DNA from: the human T2T-CHM13v2.0 reference genome, Homo sapiens
Assembly (NCBI RefSeq): GCF_009914755.1
Contig: NC_060938.1
Strand: one strand, 5' to 3'
Length of the DNA stretch: 64,000 nucleotides
Below, piece after piece: positions 1 to 15,124 of this stretch (positions are counted from its first letter, which is position 1; every line of letters starts with the position of its first letter). Under the pieces are notes generated by a model that was not told the DNA's origin, did not search any database, and saw nothing but the letters and a program-made list of their open reading frames with translations. The translations under genes and the position numbers were made by a program.

Positions 1-2023
1 GAATCCAACAACATATCAAAAAGATAATCCACCATGATCAAGTGGGTTTCATACCAGGGATGCAGGGATGATTAAAATACACAAGTCAATAAATGCGATA
101 CACCACATAAACGGAATCAAAAACAAAAATCACATGATCATCTCAATAGATGCAGAAAAAGCATTCGATAAAATCCAGCATTCCTTTATGATTAAAACTC
201 TCAGCAAAACTGGCATACAAGAAACATACCTCAAAGTAATAAAAGCCATCTATGACAAACCCACAGCCAACATAATACTGCATGGGGAAAAGTTGAAAGT
301 ATTCCTTCTGAGAACTGGAACGAGACAAGGATGCCCACTCTCACCATTCCTCTTCAACACAGTACTGAAAGTCCTAGCCAGAGCAATCAGACAAGAGAAA
401 GAAATAAAGGCATCCAAACTGGTAAAGAGGAAGTCAAACTGTTGCTGTTTGCTGGTGATATGATTGTTTATCTAGAAAACCCTAAAGACTCATCCAGAAA
501 GTTCCTAGAAATGATAAAACAATTCAGCAAAGTACCCAGATACAGAATCAATGTACACAAATCAATAGCTCTTCTATACACCAACAGCGACCAAGCTGAG
601 AATCAAGTCTAGAATTCAACCCCTTTTACAATAGCTGCAAAAAAAAAAAATAATAAAAATACTTAGGAATATACCTAACCAAGGAGGTGAAAGACTTCTA
701 CAGGGAAAACTACAAAACACTGCTGAAAGAAATCGTGGATGACACAAACAAATGGAAACACATCTCATGTTCATGGATGGGTAGAATCAGTATTGTGAAA
801 ATGACCATACTGCCAAAAGCCATCTACAAATTCAACACAATTCCCATCAAAATACCACCATCATTCTTCACAGAACTAGAAAAAACAATCCTAAAATTCA
901 CATGGAACCAAAAAAGAGCCCACATACCCAAAGTAAGACTGAGCAAAAAGAACACATCTGGAGGCATCACATTACCTATTTGAAACTATAAGGCCAGAGT
1001 CACCAAAACAGTGTGGTACTGGCATAAAAATTGGCACATAGACCAATGGAACAGAATAGAGAACTCAGAAATAAACCCTAATACTTACAGCCAACTGATC
1101 TTCAACAAAGCAAACAAAAATATAAAGTGGGGAAAGACCTATTCAACAAATGGTGCTGAGATAATTGGCAAGCCACATGTAGGAGAATGAAACTGGATCC
1201 TCATCTCTCACCTTATACAAAATCAACTCAAGATGGAGCAAAGACTTAAATCTAAGACCTGAAACTATAAAAATTCTATAATAAAAAGAAGACAACATTG
1301 GAAAAACGCTTCTAGACATTGGCTTAGGCAAGAATTTCATGACCAAGGACCCAAAAGCAAACACAATAAAAACAAAGATAAATAGCTGAGACTTAATTAA
1401 ACTAAAGAGCTTTTGCACAGCAAAAGGAACAGTCCAGCAGAGTAAACAGACAACTCACAGAATGGGAGAAAATCTTCACAATCTATACGTCTGGCAAAAA
1501 ACTAATATCCAGAATCTACAATGAACTCAAACAAATCAGCAAGAAAAAAACAAACAATCCCATCAAAAAGTGGGCTAAGGACATGAATAGAGACAATTAC
1601 AAAAGAAGATATACAAATGGCTAATAAACATGAAAAAATGCTCAACAACACCAATGATCAGGGAAATGCAATTCAAAAACACAATGAGATATCACCTTAC
1701 TCCTGCAAGAATGGCCATAATCAAAAAAATAAAAAAATAATAGATGTTGGCGTGGATGTGGTGAACAGGGAACTCTTCTACTCTGCTGGTGGGAATGTAA
1801 ACTAGTACAACCACTGTGGAAAACAGTGTGGAGATTCCTTAAAGAACTAAAAGGAACTTGATCCAGCAATCCCACTACTGGTTACCCAAAGGAAAATAAG
1901 TCACTATATGAAAAAGATACTTGCACACGTTTATAGCAGCACAATTTGCAATTGCAAAAACATGGAACCAACCCAAATGCTCATCAATCAACGAGTGGAC
2001 AAAGACACTGTGGTGTGTGTGTG

Positions 2024-2057
<34 letters not shown>

Positions 2058-2428
2058 TATAATGGAATACTACTCAGCCACAAAAAGGAATGAATTAATG
2101 GCATTTGCAGTGACCAGGATGAGACTGGAGACTATTATTCTAACTCAGGAATGAAAAACCAACCATCACATGTTCTCACTCATATTTGGGAGCTAAGCTA
2201 TGAGGATGCAAGGGCATAAGAAAGACAAAATGGACTGTGGGGACTCAAGGGGAAAGGGTGGGAATAGGGTAAGAAATACAAGGCCACAAATTGGGTGCAG
2301 CACAGTATATACTGCTCAGGTGATGAGTGCACCAATATCTCACAAATCACCACCAAAGAATTTACTCATGTAACCAAACACCACCTGTTCCCCAGTAACC
2401 TATGGAAATAAAAAAAAATTTTAAAAAA
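1..2428 (+). mobile_element. L1 (L1PB-type, probably L1PB1) ORF2 RT/C-terminal part plus 3' end, degenerate; extends left beyond the window
   Basis: Frameshifted ORF2 peptides ([24 protein letters not shown]); L1PB-type 3' end ...caaatcaccaccaaagaa...ctatggaaataaaaaa; internal (TG)n(TA)n at ~2013-2060. Confidence 0.9.
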
Positions 2429-3289
2429 GGAATGGTACACTTAGGGTTGAGTGTCTAGAATCAATTTCTTGAGTTTTCAAAAGCTTCAATGTATAAATAA
2501 GTTGTACATCAGTACATAGTTTCCACTAAATGAAACAAAATTTATGAAACTCTATTATTCATTTATCCAACAATTATTGAAAACCAGATATTCTGCAATG
2601 TAAGGCAATATGCCAAGCCCAGTAAGCTGATATAAGGCACACTACCTAACCATAAGGAACTTACATCAAGCACACCTAATCCATTATTACCTCTCTTACT
2701 AACAGGCCTCCCTCATTTTCCCCTATGTCTTTGCTGAGATGGTAGCACAGATATTTTCAGTTAAAGTCCATTCCTTGGATCTTTATTTGCCCACTATTAA
2801 ATGAGGTTTCACAGGATGGTTAACATAAAAAGATCCTGGATATTAAAAAGCATTCCATCCATGAGGAGTAAACTATATAGTTTCAAGGACACGGGGATTT
2901 TTGATCTCTCATTAGACCATGAGACTGGGTCTTGAATCTGCCAAATTTTTATTTCCAGTATTTAACTGGAGTAACTGGCACAGAGTAGGCACTCATAAAT
3001 GCTTGCTGAATGACTGACTTAAACCAAAAAGGTTGTTGTATTAACTGTGTAGCCACAAGTACTAAATACATAGGCTTTCTACTTTCTACTAAAGACAGTT
3101 CTATGAAGACAAATCAAAGTGAATGCTCCTAAGCACTCTTGAAACTCCTGGTTCATTAACTTAACCCTGGAGACACAAACATAGTAACTGAAATTTTATG
3201 TGGTTTTCTATATTTTTTGCATGACATAGTTTTACAAATAGCTACAGCTTAGAATCAGAATAATAAGCATGCATAGCACAGTACACTAC

Positions 3290-3349
3290 CTTTCAGTTTA
3301 ACTGCCACATCAATATAGGATTGCAAAAATGCCATGGATACTGCTTGCC
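3290..3349 (-). CDS. TXNDC16: TXNDC16 coding exon (~exon 14), QAVSMAFLQSYIDVAVKLK(G), 60 nt, phase 1-1
   Basis: atatAG|GGCAAG...CTGAAAG|GTAGTG; completes Trp (T|GG). Confidence 0.95.
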
Positions 3350-3881
3350 CTATATGAAAATTAAAAATTCAACAGATATTACATGTATATCTACAAAGCA
3401 TCCACACTGATATGTAACAAATATACAGATTTATGAGGTTTCCCAAAATTATTGTTAATCAGAAATATTCTACTATACATTTCTCAACATAGTCCAACCA
3501 CTTAAGAGAGTTTCAAATGCAACTGATTTTCCGCACTTGTACTGCAAGGAATATAGCTAAATGGCTATGATTTGAAGATAAAAGCAATATACTTACTATA
3601 AATCTATAATAACTGTTAATATGTTAAAAATCATTAGCGTGAGTCACAATTTTTCAAAATTAATGAACATCTAGTTTAATCATTCACCTTTAATTTGTAA
3701 ATCAGATATAAATCAATTGCACAATCCCAGAATCAGAAGTAAATGCTTCAATGCACACAGTCTACTTGAGACATACGAAAGCAATTTCATTTTACAACAT
3801 GCAATACATGGAATGCCAAAAATTAAATCTGGGTTTTTAAATGTCCTAATATGTAACAGTCCTCTAAAGGCTCATACTCAC

Positions 3882-4025
3882 AACCAGCATAGAAGAGTAC
3901 TATGCTGTCAGAAGCCATCACTGTTGCATTAAATGTTTCTTCTGTTAGTTCCACTGTAAGTTCCAAAGGTAATTTTCTCTTCCTATCTCTGAAAACAGTT
4001 TCTGCCACTTCATCATCCTGAACAT
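3882..4025 (-). CDS. TXNDC16: TXNDC16 coding exon (~exon 13), [47 protein letters not shown](W), start of a thioredoxin fold, 144 nt, phase 1-1
   Basis: tttAG|ATGTTC...GCTGGTT|GTGAGT; PDI-like 'VELTEETF...VLFYAGW'; overlaps ORF-track 3823..4008. Confidence 0.96.
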
Positions 4026-4289
4026 CTAAAATGTTGGAAAAGAAATTAATTTAAATATTGATGTATAATGAAAACTATTTAAGCTCTTCTCATAGGAAGC
4101 ATATAATAATTCAGTACTTTATACAAACTTTTGAATTCATCCTATCTTAATAGTTAGGATGCATGATATTTAGAAAACTTTGCAGTTGCTTAACTGACTC
4201 TGAGATGCTTCCTGACCTAGAAGTTGGGAAGTTTTAGTCAATTTCAAAATTAAAATTTGTTCTACAAAGAATATTAATAGTGCCATTTT

Positions 4290-4750
4290 GTTTATTTTGC
4301 CTCTACTATATGCCAAGCATTATGACAGGCACTAGGAAAACTGGTAAACAAAACAGACATAGTCCTGACCACATGGAACTTCTATCTATGGAAAAGTCAG
4401 ATAAACTGATCACTGAATAAATATATAATTATAAATTATGATCAATTTATGAAGAAAGGTAAAGGATACACTGAGAGATTATAACAGGGCTATTTAGATT
4501 GGGAAGCCCAAAGTCTGCCAGGTAGAGAATCAAGAAAAGAATGTTTTAGACAAAGACAATAACATATACGAAAGCTCTGAGACATAAAAGAGTTGAGCAC
4601 ATACAAGGCTGAGGGAAGGCAAATTTGACTAAGACAAGATGGGGCTGAAAGAATAAACAGCATGAGAAAACTCTAGGCTAGGCAGTGGCTAGATCATAAG
4701 AGGTCACATGAGCCAAGAAGTCTGGATTTTATCCAAAAAGCCTCAAGTTA
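4290..4750 (-). mobile_element. L2 fragment (old)
   Basis: Degenerate L2-like motifs (ctactatatgccaagcat...ggcactagg...aaaacagacatagtcctg); boundaries approximate. Confidence 0.55.
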
Positions 4751-5457
4751 TGAGTGGATTCTGAATATGTGAAACCCTTCCTTTAGATAGACCAATCAAT
4801 AGACTGATAGATTCATCCATCCATCCATCCATCCAACCATCCATGTACCTTCAAAAATACATTTGGATTCATAAATATTCTGTTGGAAGTTTGTAGAGAT
4901 TGTACGGTAAGACAGATGGAGCATATAACTTGATTAAAGGATAAAGCTTCTTTATGAACATGAAAACATGAACATGAAAAGGAAAAGAAAACTCAGGTAG
5001 GCAGAGAAGAAAGGCAGTGGTGGCATAAAGAGCAAAGAGAATGGCATGAGCAAAGGCACAGTGGCATGTAAGAGCATGGTGCAATCAGAAGTTCAAACAC
5101 TGACTGGATATACGATGGTATTAAGAATTGTTAATTTTTTAGATGTAATAATAGTATTAATTATGTTAATGTTAAAAAGGAAAATCCTTATATTTCTGAA
5201 ACCCAGGGAAATACTTATAGATGAAATTACATGTTTTGGATTTGCTACAAAACAATAAGGGGGGGGGGGTGATTGGAGCAGAATGAGCCATGGTTTGATA
5301 ATGGCTGGGGCCAAGTAATGGATAACAAGAATTTGTTCTATTATTCTATCTCCGTATGTTCATAATTCTCTGTAACAACACATTAAAAAGAAAGAAGGGA
5401 GAGAGAAGACAATACATTCATAGAACTAAAGTATTGTTTTATACATAATTTCTAATA

Positions 5458-6936
<1,479 letters not shown>

Positions 6937-7342
6937 TACAATAAATTAAAATTCTAGATCTGGATTTCACTACAACCTCAGCCATTTTCTATACGACTCT
7001 AGTCAATCACATAACTCTCTGGGCCTCAATGTTCAACTCTTGTGAAGCATGAGAGTTGCACTATATAACTTAAAGGTACTTTTAAGCACCAAATTCCGTG
7101 ACACTAAAAATTACATTCTCAATACCAAACTTAGTAAAGACCTATTTTCTTATTTACTGTATTTTTTTCTTATTATTCATATATTTTCATTTTCCTGTCA
7201 GTCTTCTGTTTCTTTTTCCTCCTTTCCCTCTTTTCTTATATTCTAAATAAGCTACCATCACTTGTACATTTAGTCACTCCTCAGCTCTACCTTCAACCTA
7301 TTCATTAATAACATACACACTATTTTCAGTCACACATGCTGC

Positions 7343-7560
7343 TTTTTTTTTTTTTTTTTTTTTGAGACAGGGTCTCACTCTGTTGCCCAGGTAGGAGTGC
7401 ACTGGCAAGATCTCAGCTCACTGCAACCTCCAGCTCCTGGGCTCAAGTAATCCTCCCACCTCAGCCTCCCAAGGAGCTGGGATTACAGGCACATACCACC
7501 ATCTTGGCTAATTTTTGTATTTTTTGTAGTGATGGGGTTTTGTCATGTTGCCCAGGCTGG
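7343..7560 (-). mobile_element. 5'-truncated AluJ-like element
   Basis: Poly-T, right arm and part of left arm; flanking acacatgct repeat. Confidence 0.85.
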
Positions 7561-7879
7561 AACACATGCTTCTTTTCTTTTTTCAGATTGCCCTTCTGTG
7601 GAATCTAGTCTTTTTCATTCTGATTCCATTTTGCTGATTTTCTCTGGGGTGCACCTGTCTCTGATTTACATTCTCAGATGGTAATAAATTCTTTCCTAAC
7701 CCTTATCTAGTTTTCCTTTGTAAACGGGAGTGATACAGAGGGAGGGGGAAGAATTAGATACAGGCACAACACCATACAACACTCTGGGCCAGTATGGATT
7801 ACTGATAATAGGAAGTTAAGATGAAAAATAAACAAAAAAGGCAAAGCTGCAAAAGAAATACTAGAAACAGGCTGGAGGT

Positions 7880-8040
7880 TATTGAATGTTTCCAACACAA
7901 AGAAACGATAAATGTTTGAAATGATGGATACACTCAATACCCTGACCTGATCACCATACATTGTATGTATTGAAACATCACTATGTACCCCACAAATAGG
8001 TACAATTATTATTGGTCAATTAAAAAAATGGAAATAAAAA
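7880..8040 (+). mobile_element. L1MA-type 3' end fragment
   Basis: caacacaaagaaacgataaatgtttga...gtaccccacaaat...caattaaaaaa. Confidence 0.7.
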
Positions 8041-8634
8041 CCAGAAAGAGAAGGCAGCATCAGAGGGTAAGTAAGGCCACAGAGTCAGGAAACAATATAG
8101 AGGCTGTGGCCACAAAGAAATCTTCAAACAGGCGACTCCCACTGAAGACAGGAATCAAATAAACTGAGACTAGGGACAAGTCCTCTAACTCTGAAGGTTC
8201 AAATATAGGAACCATTACAGGAATAAGCAGGAAACAAGAGACCAGAACACAGGTCTGCTTATGTAATGACAAGCCCACTGAGAACTCCAGAGAGGAACAC
8301 AAGCAATTCTAACCCCTGCATATCGGAAAAGAACCAGAGCTCTGCTCAAACCAAGAAACTGGTCACTGGTAAGAGTGAAAGCTCTTACTAAATTTATAAT
8401 ATAGATTTTGATCACAATGCATGGACCTCATGAAAATGATATGTAAATTGCTTCCTTCTTGGAGCTCATAATGGTACTATATAAAACATTCAAGTATTTA
8501 CTATATATGTTATACAAAAATGAACAAGACATAATCCTTGATTTAGAAATATTTATAGACTAGCAGAGAAGAGAAAAAAGCAAATGAATAATTACAGAAG
8601 AGGATTAATGTTATGAAAGATGTATCAGAAATAA

Positions 8635-8719
8635 TTATTTCACTATTGCCCAACTGTTACACTTAAAAAATATCAAATTTTAGGCCACTAGATTATTCTA
8701 GCGAAGTATTCTTGACTGT
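8635..8719 (+). repeat. 85-bp dispersed direct duplication, copy A (partner 10405..10489)
   Basis: ttatttcactattgcccaactgttacactt...cttgactgt; 6 mismatches in 85 nt by manual alignment. Confidence 0.93.
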
Positions 8720-9424
8720 CACTAATAATAAGATTTTATTTCAGGATGCTTAAGTTCTAGCCCAGTCCCTACCACCTGCCACTTGTGGGACTTTGGGCAG
8801 ATCACTGAACTCAGGAAATGCAGACTCTTCATGTATAAAATGAAAGTGGTATCAGCTAACTCAGAGAATAATAATCAAAGTAAATAATATGTGGGAAAAA
8901 GAGTTAAAAACTATACAATACTTCATAAATGTAAGCAATACATTTTTAAAAAACTGAAATAACTGTTTAAACGAAGTGTTAAAATGTTACTGAAATTTAC
9001 TTCTTATACCATTAACAACTGGATTTATTTACAAGTACAAATATAACAATATTTATTAGAACTCCATTTCCTAATAAAAATAGTAACAATGAATTATCAT
9101 GTTGTAGTTTCTAAGTAGAGTTTTTAAACATGGACTAGTCCAGAACGGCTGAAAGAACTGATATGGAAGATGAAGGCACAGATGTGGGAAGTTTGAAGCC
9201 TGATATGTAACAGTAAATGTTAATACATTAAACAAAATATAGCATCCTTACATCTTTTCAACAAATCAACTTGATAAAATGTGGTTCCAAATAAATTCCG
9301 CCAGGTTTCTTTACAGAGTCTTGAATCTGAACACATTCTTGGAGAAAGTTAATCCATTGGAAATTTCACTGACTTTATGGGTGCTGGGCAGGATGGGGAA
9401 GGGGTGAGAATCATAACACATTAC

Positions 9425-9548
9425 CTATATCTGGACCTTCCATGTCATTGTCTTCATCTTCTTGTATTTCCTCAATGTGCATATTATTTTCCACATGAGA
9501 TATTATTAAATCAACATCATGTAATACCAAAAATTCCACTGGAACTCC
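9425..9548 (-). CDS. TXNDC16: TXNDC16 coding exon (~exon 12), [41 protein letters not shown](D), acidic linker, 124 nt, phase 0-1
   Basis: ttctAG|GGAGTT...GATATAG|GTAATG; in frame. Confidence 0.96.
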
Positions 9549-9611
9549 CTAGAAATACATTAATTTTTAAAAAATGAATATAGCAAAGTATTTTGACATA
9601 AAAATGTTTTA

Positions 9612-9952
<341 letters not shown>

Positions 9953-10404
9953 CTAAGCCTTTGAACTTCAATTCTAAAATTTAGCAAAATGAAAAAGGAA
10001 ATTAACTCCAAAATTACTGTGAAAAGAAAAGCATACCTTCTGTAAAGACAATGTGTACACTGAAAAAGGTGGCAAAAAAGGTGCTGAAAGCCTCACTTGC
10101 TTCTTGTCACAACCACATTATACTGAAGTCTGTAAAGCATTTCACATGTAATACCAAGTTCTACCTCTTTATAAAATGGAAATATATACAATTTTACTGC
10201 AAATAGAGTAAATCAAAATTGATTATTCTGACATTCCACAGAAATATTCAAAACAATACTTCATCTAAATTAATTCCACTAATAAGTTCAATTTCCTGTT
10301 TAGCTATAAACAACACTAAATTACTATGTGCTCCCAGTTATTTTAAGAATACCAAATTCTATTGAGATCGATATTAATTAATATTAAAAAATATTACTTA
10401 AGAT

Positions 10405-10489
10405 TTATTTCACTATTGCCCAACTGTTACACTTTTAAAATATGAAATTTTAGGCCACTAGATTATTTTAGCAAAGTGTTCTTGACTGT
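10405..10489 (+). repeat. 85-bp dispersed direct duplication, copy B (partner 8635..8719)
   Basis: Same sequence, offset 1770 bp. Confidence 0.93.
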
Positions 10490-10683
10490 AACTCTATATT
10501 GGAATAAAGCTATGAGCTCTAAGTATGTTTGTTCTTTGCTATCACATATCTTCATTTTTTTAACATTATATTCGAAACGAGCAATTTTAATTTCTACAGA
10601 AATATAATAAACTTAAAAAGTAGAGGAATCAAAATCAAACTTAATTTGTTCCAAATATTCACAGAAATTTTTGTAGTAAACCT

Positions 10684-10905
10684 TTTAATTAAAGTATAAC
10701 ATTAACACAGAAAAGAACAAAAATTTTAAGTATAGAGTTTGATGGATTTTTACAAAGTGGACACACTTGTATAACCACCATACAGATTAAGATACAGAAC
10801 ATCATCAGTACAACCAGTGGCCATCTTCTTGCTCTTCCTGTCATTAACATCCCCCAAAAGTAATCACTATTCTGTCTTTCATCACTGCTATGGTTTGAAT
10901 TCTGT
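10684..10905 (-). mobile_element. Old L1M (ME-type) 3' fragment
   Basis: aagtataacattaacacagaaaag...ataaccaccatacagattaagatacagaaca pattern. Confidence 0.6.
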
Positions 10906-10911
10906 TTTATC

Positions 10912-11199
10912 TTGTTTATTTTTTTGAGACAGGGTCTGTCTCTGTCACCCAGGGTGGACGTGCAGTGGCACAATCATGGCTCACTGCAGCTCAAACCTCT
11001 GGGGCTCAAGTGATTCTCCCACCTCAGCCTCCTGAGTAACTGGGACTATAGGCATGCACCACCACACCCAGCCAATTTTTTGTAGAGATGGGATCTCCCG
11101 ATGTTGCCTAGGCTGGTCTTGCACTCCTGGGCTCAAGCGATCCACCTGCCTCAGCCTCCCAAAGTGCTAGATTACAGGCACGAGCCACCATGCCCAGCC
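10912..11199 (-). mobile_element. AluJ
   Basis: Antisense dimer with J-type gggctcaagcgatcc. Confidence 0.88.
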
Positions 11200-11462
11200 C
11201 AATATTATTTTAAACAAAAAGCAGAATATATAGCATAATTCTGATTTTGCTTTATTTAAAAAAATACATATACATACGTGAACATAGGATACAAACCAGA
11301 CTGACACATGATAAAAACATCAAAACGTTAACAGCAATTTTCTTTGAATAGGAGCAATTTATAATTTACAGATTTTTCTATAATAAAAATATATTAAAGA
11401 CCACATATATTAGCTTTCTTTAAATAAACAGATATTGTAGAACAATACATAAAACAACTAAC

Positions 11463-11523
11463 CTCTTCTGCTCTTTTGAAGACCACATTAGCATCTTGAG
11501 GAATGTTCACTTCCAAAGAGTCC
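11463..11523 (-). CDS. TXNDC16: TXNDC16 coding exon (~exon 11), DSLEVNIPQDANVVFKRAEE, 61 nt, phase 2-0
   Basis: gaaaaAG|GGACTCT...GAAGAG|GTTAGT; in frame. Confidence 0.95.
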
Positions 11524-11910
11524 CTTTTTCAAAATGGAAATAAATGTTTTATGTTGCTAATCTGAAGAATAATAGTCACCCAGGACTTCAATAGAAAATA
11601 GAACTACATTCTTATACTAAAAATTATGAAAAAATATTACAATTTAGTGACTGAAAAATTTTACACGTAAACATAGACCAGATTTTCTAGTCTCCATCTT
11701 AATCTCCATCTTTATTTAGCAAGGTTTAAAATTCTAAGTTTTAATCAACCTTAAATGAATGTACAGATTTTAGCTCAGCAACTAGTTCTAACTATATTGG
11801 AATCTATTAGAGATTTGAGTTTACTTATAAGTGATTAAATTACCATATTTTAAAACGTGGAAACTATTAGCGTTTTGCTAAATATAGTAAATATTCGATG
11901 TTTAAGATAC

Positions 11911-12077
11911 CTTAACAAGAGTAGAACTCCTGCTTTTCCCAGAAGACGCCAAGCAACCCATTCTGCAGTTCTTCTATCAGCTTCATAAGTAGCCTGTTGG
12001 CTAACAATAAAAACCAGTGGTAAGCCCAGTTGGAGATGGACAGTTGAAACTTGTTGAGGATCTTCAGCAACTTCAGT
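11911..12077 (-). CDS. TXNDC16: TXNDC16 coding exon (~exon 10), [55 protein letters not shown](R), 167 nt, phase 0-2
   Basis: T19-caatgaAG|ACTGAA...TTAAG|GTATCT; overlaps ORF-track 11850..12128. Confidence 0.96.
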
Positions 12078-12201
12078 CTTCATTGAAAAAAAAAAAAAAA
12101 AAAAGGTGTGATAACAATATTCCAACATTTGGATTTAAATTCTCCTAATTCTTATTAATAAAGTCATGAGTAAAAAAAAGTGTAAAATAATCCAACACTA
12201 A

Positions 12202-12615
<414 letters not shown>

Positions 12616-13454
12616 TAAACCAAAAATTACAATCATAAAGAATAAACATATTATAAATAAACAAAAACAATAAATAAAACAGTGTGGGACTAATTGATAT
12701 AGAAAAATATTTCAAGGGAAATAGATAACTAAGGAACAAACTTTTTCATTAAGAATTTAACATATAATGACACATTACAAAACAATGAGGAATATCTGAG
12801 TTAAAGTAGCAAATTAAATACACACATCTAATTTCACTCCCTCCAGAACTCCCAGGAAAACTACAGCAGCAGGATTTTTAAAAGAGATAAACACATGGAT
12901 GTGAAGAAGGGAAGAGAAAAGGTAGCACAATTTTAGAAGTCAGAATAATAACTGACTTAGGAGATCCTACAAAGCAAAAGCCTAAGCCATTAGAGGGAAA
13001 ACTAAGTTTTAACTACAGAATCCTAAAATTGCTCAGGAACTGTCAGTGTTAGGCATGTCTGGACCTGGGAAGGAAATGTTGGAAGGGAAGTGACAGGAAG
13101 GCTCTAAAATAAGGAGGAATGTGTCAAAGCTTTTGAGAGGTAGTTAGATCCCTAGATTCCCCTCCCCAACTCTATGAGTTTAAACAACTGTCACTTCCCT
13201 ACACCAGCAGAAATCTAGGAACAGTTGACAGTGTGGACACCATGCCGAAATCAGGGGTATTAAGTAACCAAATGTTGAGACGTTCCCCTCACCCCAGGTC
13301 CCTTTCCACTCAGTTCCCAGAATGCCAGCAGCTAGGCCTTTGTCCTCAATTGGAATTTGTATCCTTTTTGGGGGACTGAGTAACCCCAAAAGCCTAAAGA
13401 TACTGACATTGGGATTCGCCAAAAAGCAGGCCAGGCCCAGTTACTTTATAGAGC

Positions 13455-14269
13455 TCTAGGCTCGGCCCTGCTCACCTCTTCAGTCTGCTTACTGCCTAAG
13501 AGACATAGACTTCTGCCACTGCTACCCGCACCTTCTCTACCTTCCACCATAGATGTCTCCCAGACAAGACTCAACCACACTTCTTGAATTCTCACACAGA
13601 GAATGTGTGAGAATCTGCAACAGTGTTGCCTGCCTCTGCCCCTCCTCCACGTTCCTCTTTTGCCGCCACCCAGCACAGCTGGCTTCAGGGTCCATCTGAG
13701 CACTGCTTGGCGTTCCCAGGACATTTGAACTAGGCAGGGAGGTGGGGTGTCATGTGGCCAGGTGGCCAGAAGGCACTAAGAAATCCCATGGGATGGTCTG
13801 TGCAGATCAGACACTTACCAGTCAGGGGGCAGAAACGTCAAGGGCAGCTTACAATGGTGCCACCTTCTCACCATTCCCCCTTCCCAACCCTCCTCGGCCC
13901 AGTCAGCCAAAGAGAGTCAGTACTATTTTGGCCACATCTCTCAAGTCTCCCCCAACCCCAACTGCCTTGAAGTCTCTGCTTTTTGTCAGAGACTTGCAAA
14001 GACTGATGTTTTTGTTTTGTTTTCTCATCATTCCATTGTGATAGTAAGAAACTAAGAAGATTAATGAAAAGGTCAGGCACGATGGCTCACGCCTATAATC
14101 CCAGCACTTTGGGAGGCCAAGACAGAAGACCATTTGAGGTCAGGAGTTCAAGACCAGCCTGGGCTACAAAGCGTGACCCTGTCTCTATTTTTTTTTTAAA
14201 GAAAAAATTATATAAAAATTTAAAAAGAAGATTAGAGAAGAAATAAAATGTGAACACATGTCACTGTTC

Positions 14270-14315
<46 letters not shown>
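13455..14315 (+). pseudogene. Putative 5'-truncated processed retrocopy (3'UTR-like segment, parent unidentified), with a nested FLAM
   Basis: GC-richer sequence I do not recognise as a repeat, interrupting the old L1/HAL1; AATAAA at 14242-14247 followed ~23 nt later by (TA)n(CA)n. Confidence 0.5.
14071..14222 (+). mobile_element. FLAM_C-type Alu monomer
   Basis: Single left-arm monomer ending accctgtctcta; flanking aagaagatta repeat. Confidence 0.8.
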
Positions 14316-14316
<1 letters not shown>

Positions 14317-14860
14317 TTAAAAGTCACCAAGTCCCACCAATGTTAGAATTTCCAATCAGCTTCTAGTTTCAAATTCTAAATTGTGAATAGATATCCAAGG
14401 ATTAACAAACACCTGAGGAAAGCCTCTAACATGAAAGACAGAGACTAGAACACATAGAAAAATAAATAACATAGAGAAAATACAGACTATGTGGGAAGAA
14501 GAAAGGTTCAGAAACCACCATAGACAACCTCAAGGAGATGGGAAGACACTGGATCCATAAAGAATTGAAAAATAAAGTTAAATAAATCTCCCAGAAAGCA
14601 CAACAGAAATAGATGGAAGATAGAGAAAAAAGGTAATAAAATTGAAGGACTAGTTCAAGAGGTCTAACATCTAAATAATGCAAGTCACAGAAAAAGAGAA
14701 GGGAGAATATAGAAGAAATCATCACTGAAATAAACACAAAATTTTCCCACAACTGAAGGACATGAGTTGTCAGATTGAAAGCGCCCACTGAATAACCAAT
14801 AGAGTGGATAAAAGCAGATACAAAGGAAGATGCATTCTCCTAAACTTTCTAATAATTAAA

Positions 14861-15124
14861 CTTTTTTTTTTTCCAAGATAGAGTCTTGCTCTCTCACCCA
14901 GGCTGGAGTGCAGTGTCAGGATCTCAGCTCACTGTAACCTCTGTCTCCCAGCCTCAAGCAATCCTCCCACTTCAACCTCCACCAAATAGCTGGGACTACA
15001 GGCATGCATCACCACGCCCAGCTAATTTTTATATATTTTGTAGAGATGGGGTCTCGCCATGTTGCCCAGGCTGGTCTCGAACTCCTGGACTCAGCCAATC
15101 CACCCACCTTGGCCTCCCAAAGTG
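14861..15124 (-). mobile_element. AluJ, 5' end missing
   Basis: Antisense dimer ending at cccaaagtg. Confidence 0.85.

Larger units (their letters stand above)
12790..14850 (+). mobile_element. Ancient L1M/HAL1-type 5'/ORF1 region, split by an insert at ~13455-14315
   Basis: ORF1-like degenerate A-rich sequence at 14400-14850 (gaggtctaacatc...aattttcccacaactgaaggacatgagt...cagattgaaag); family and limits uncertain. Confidence 0.55.

Noticed and set aside
5259-5269. G11 run and the L1 3'UTR G-rich tracts as G-quadruplexes
   Set aside because: Common features of L1-derived sequence; nothing locus-specific.
13446-14133. Overlapping ORFs in the GC-richer insert
   Set aside because: No recognisable protein similarity; the segment is better explained as non-coding and UTR-like.
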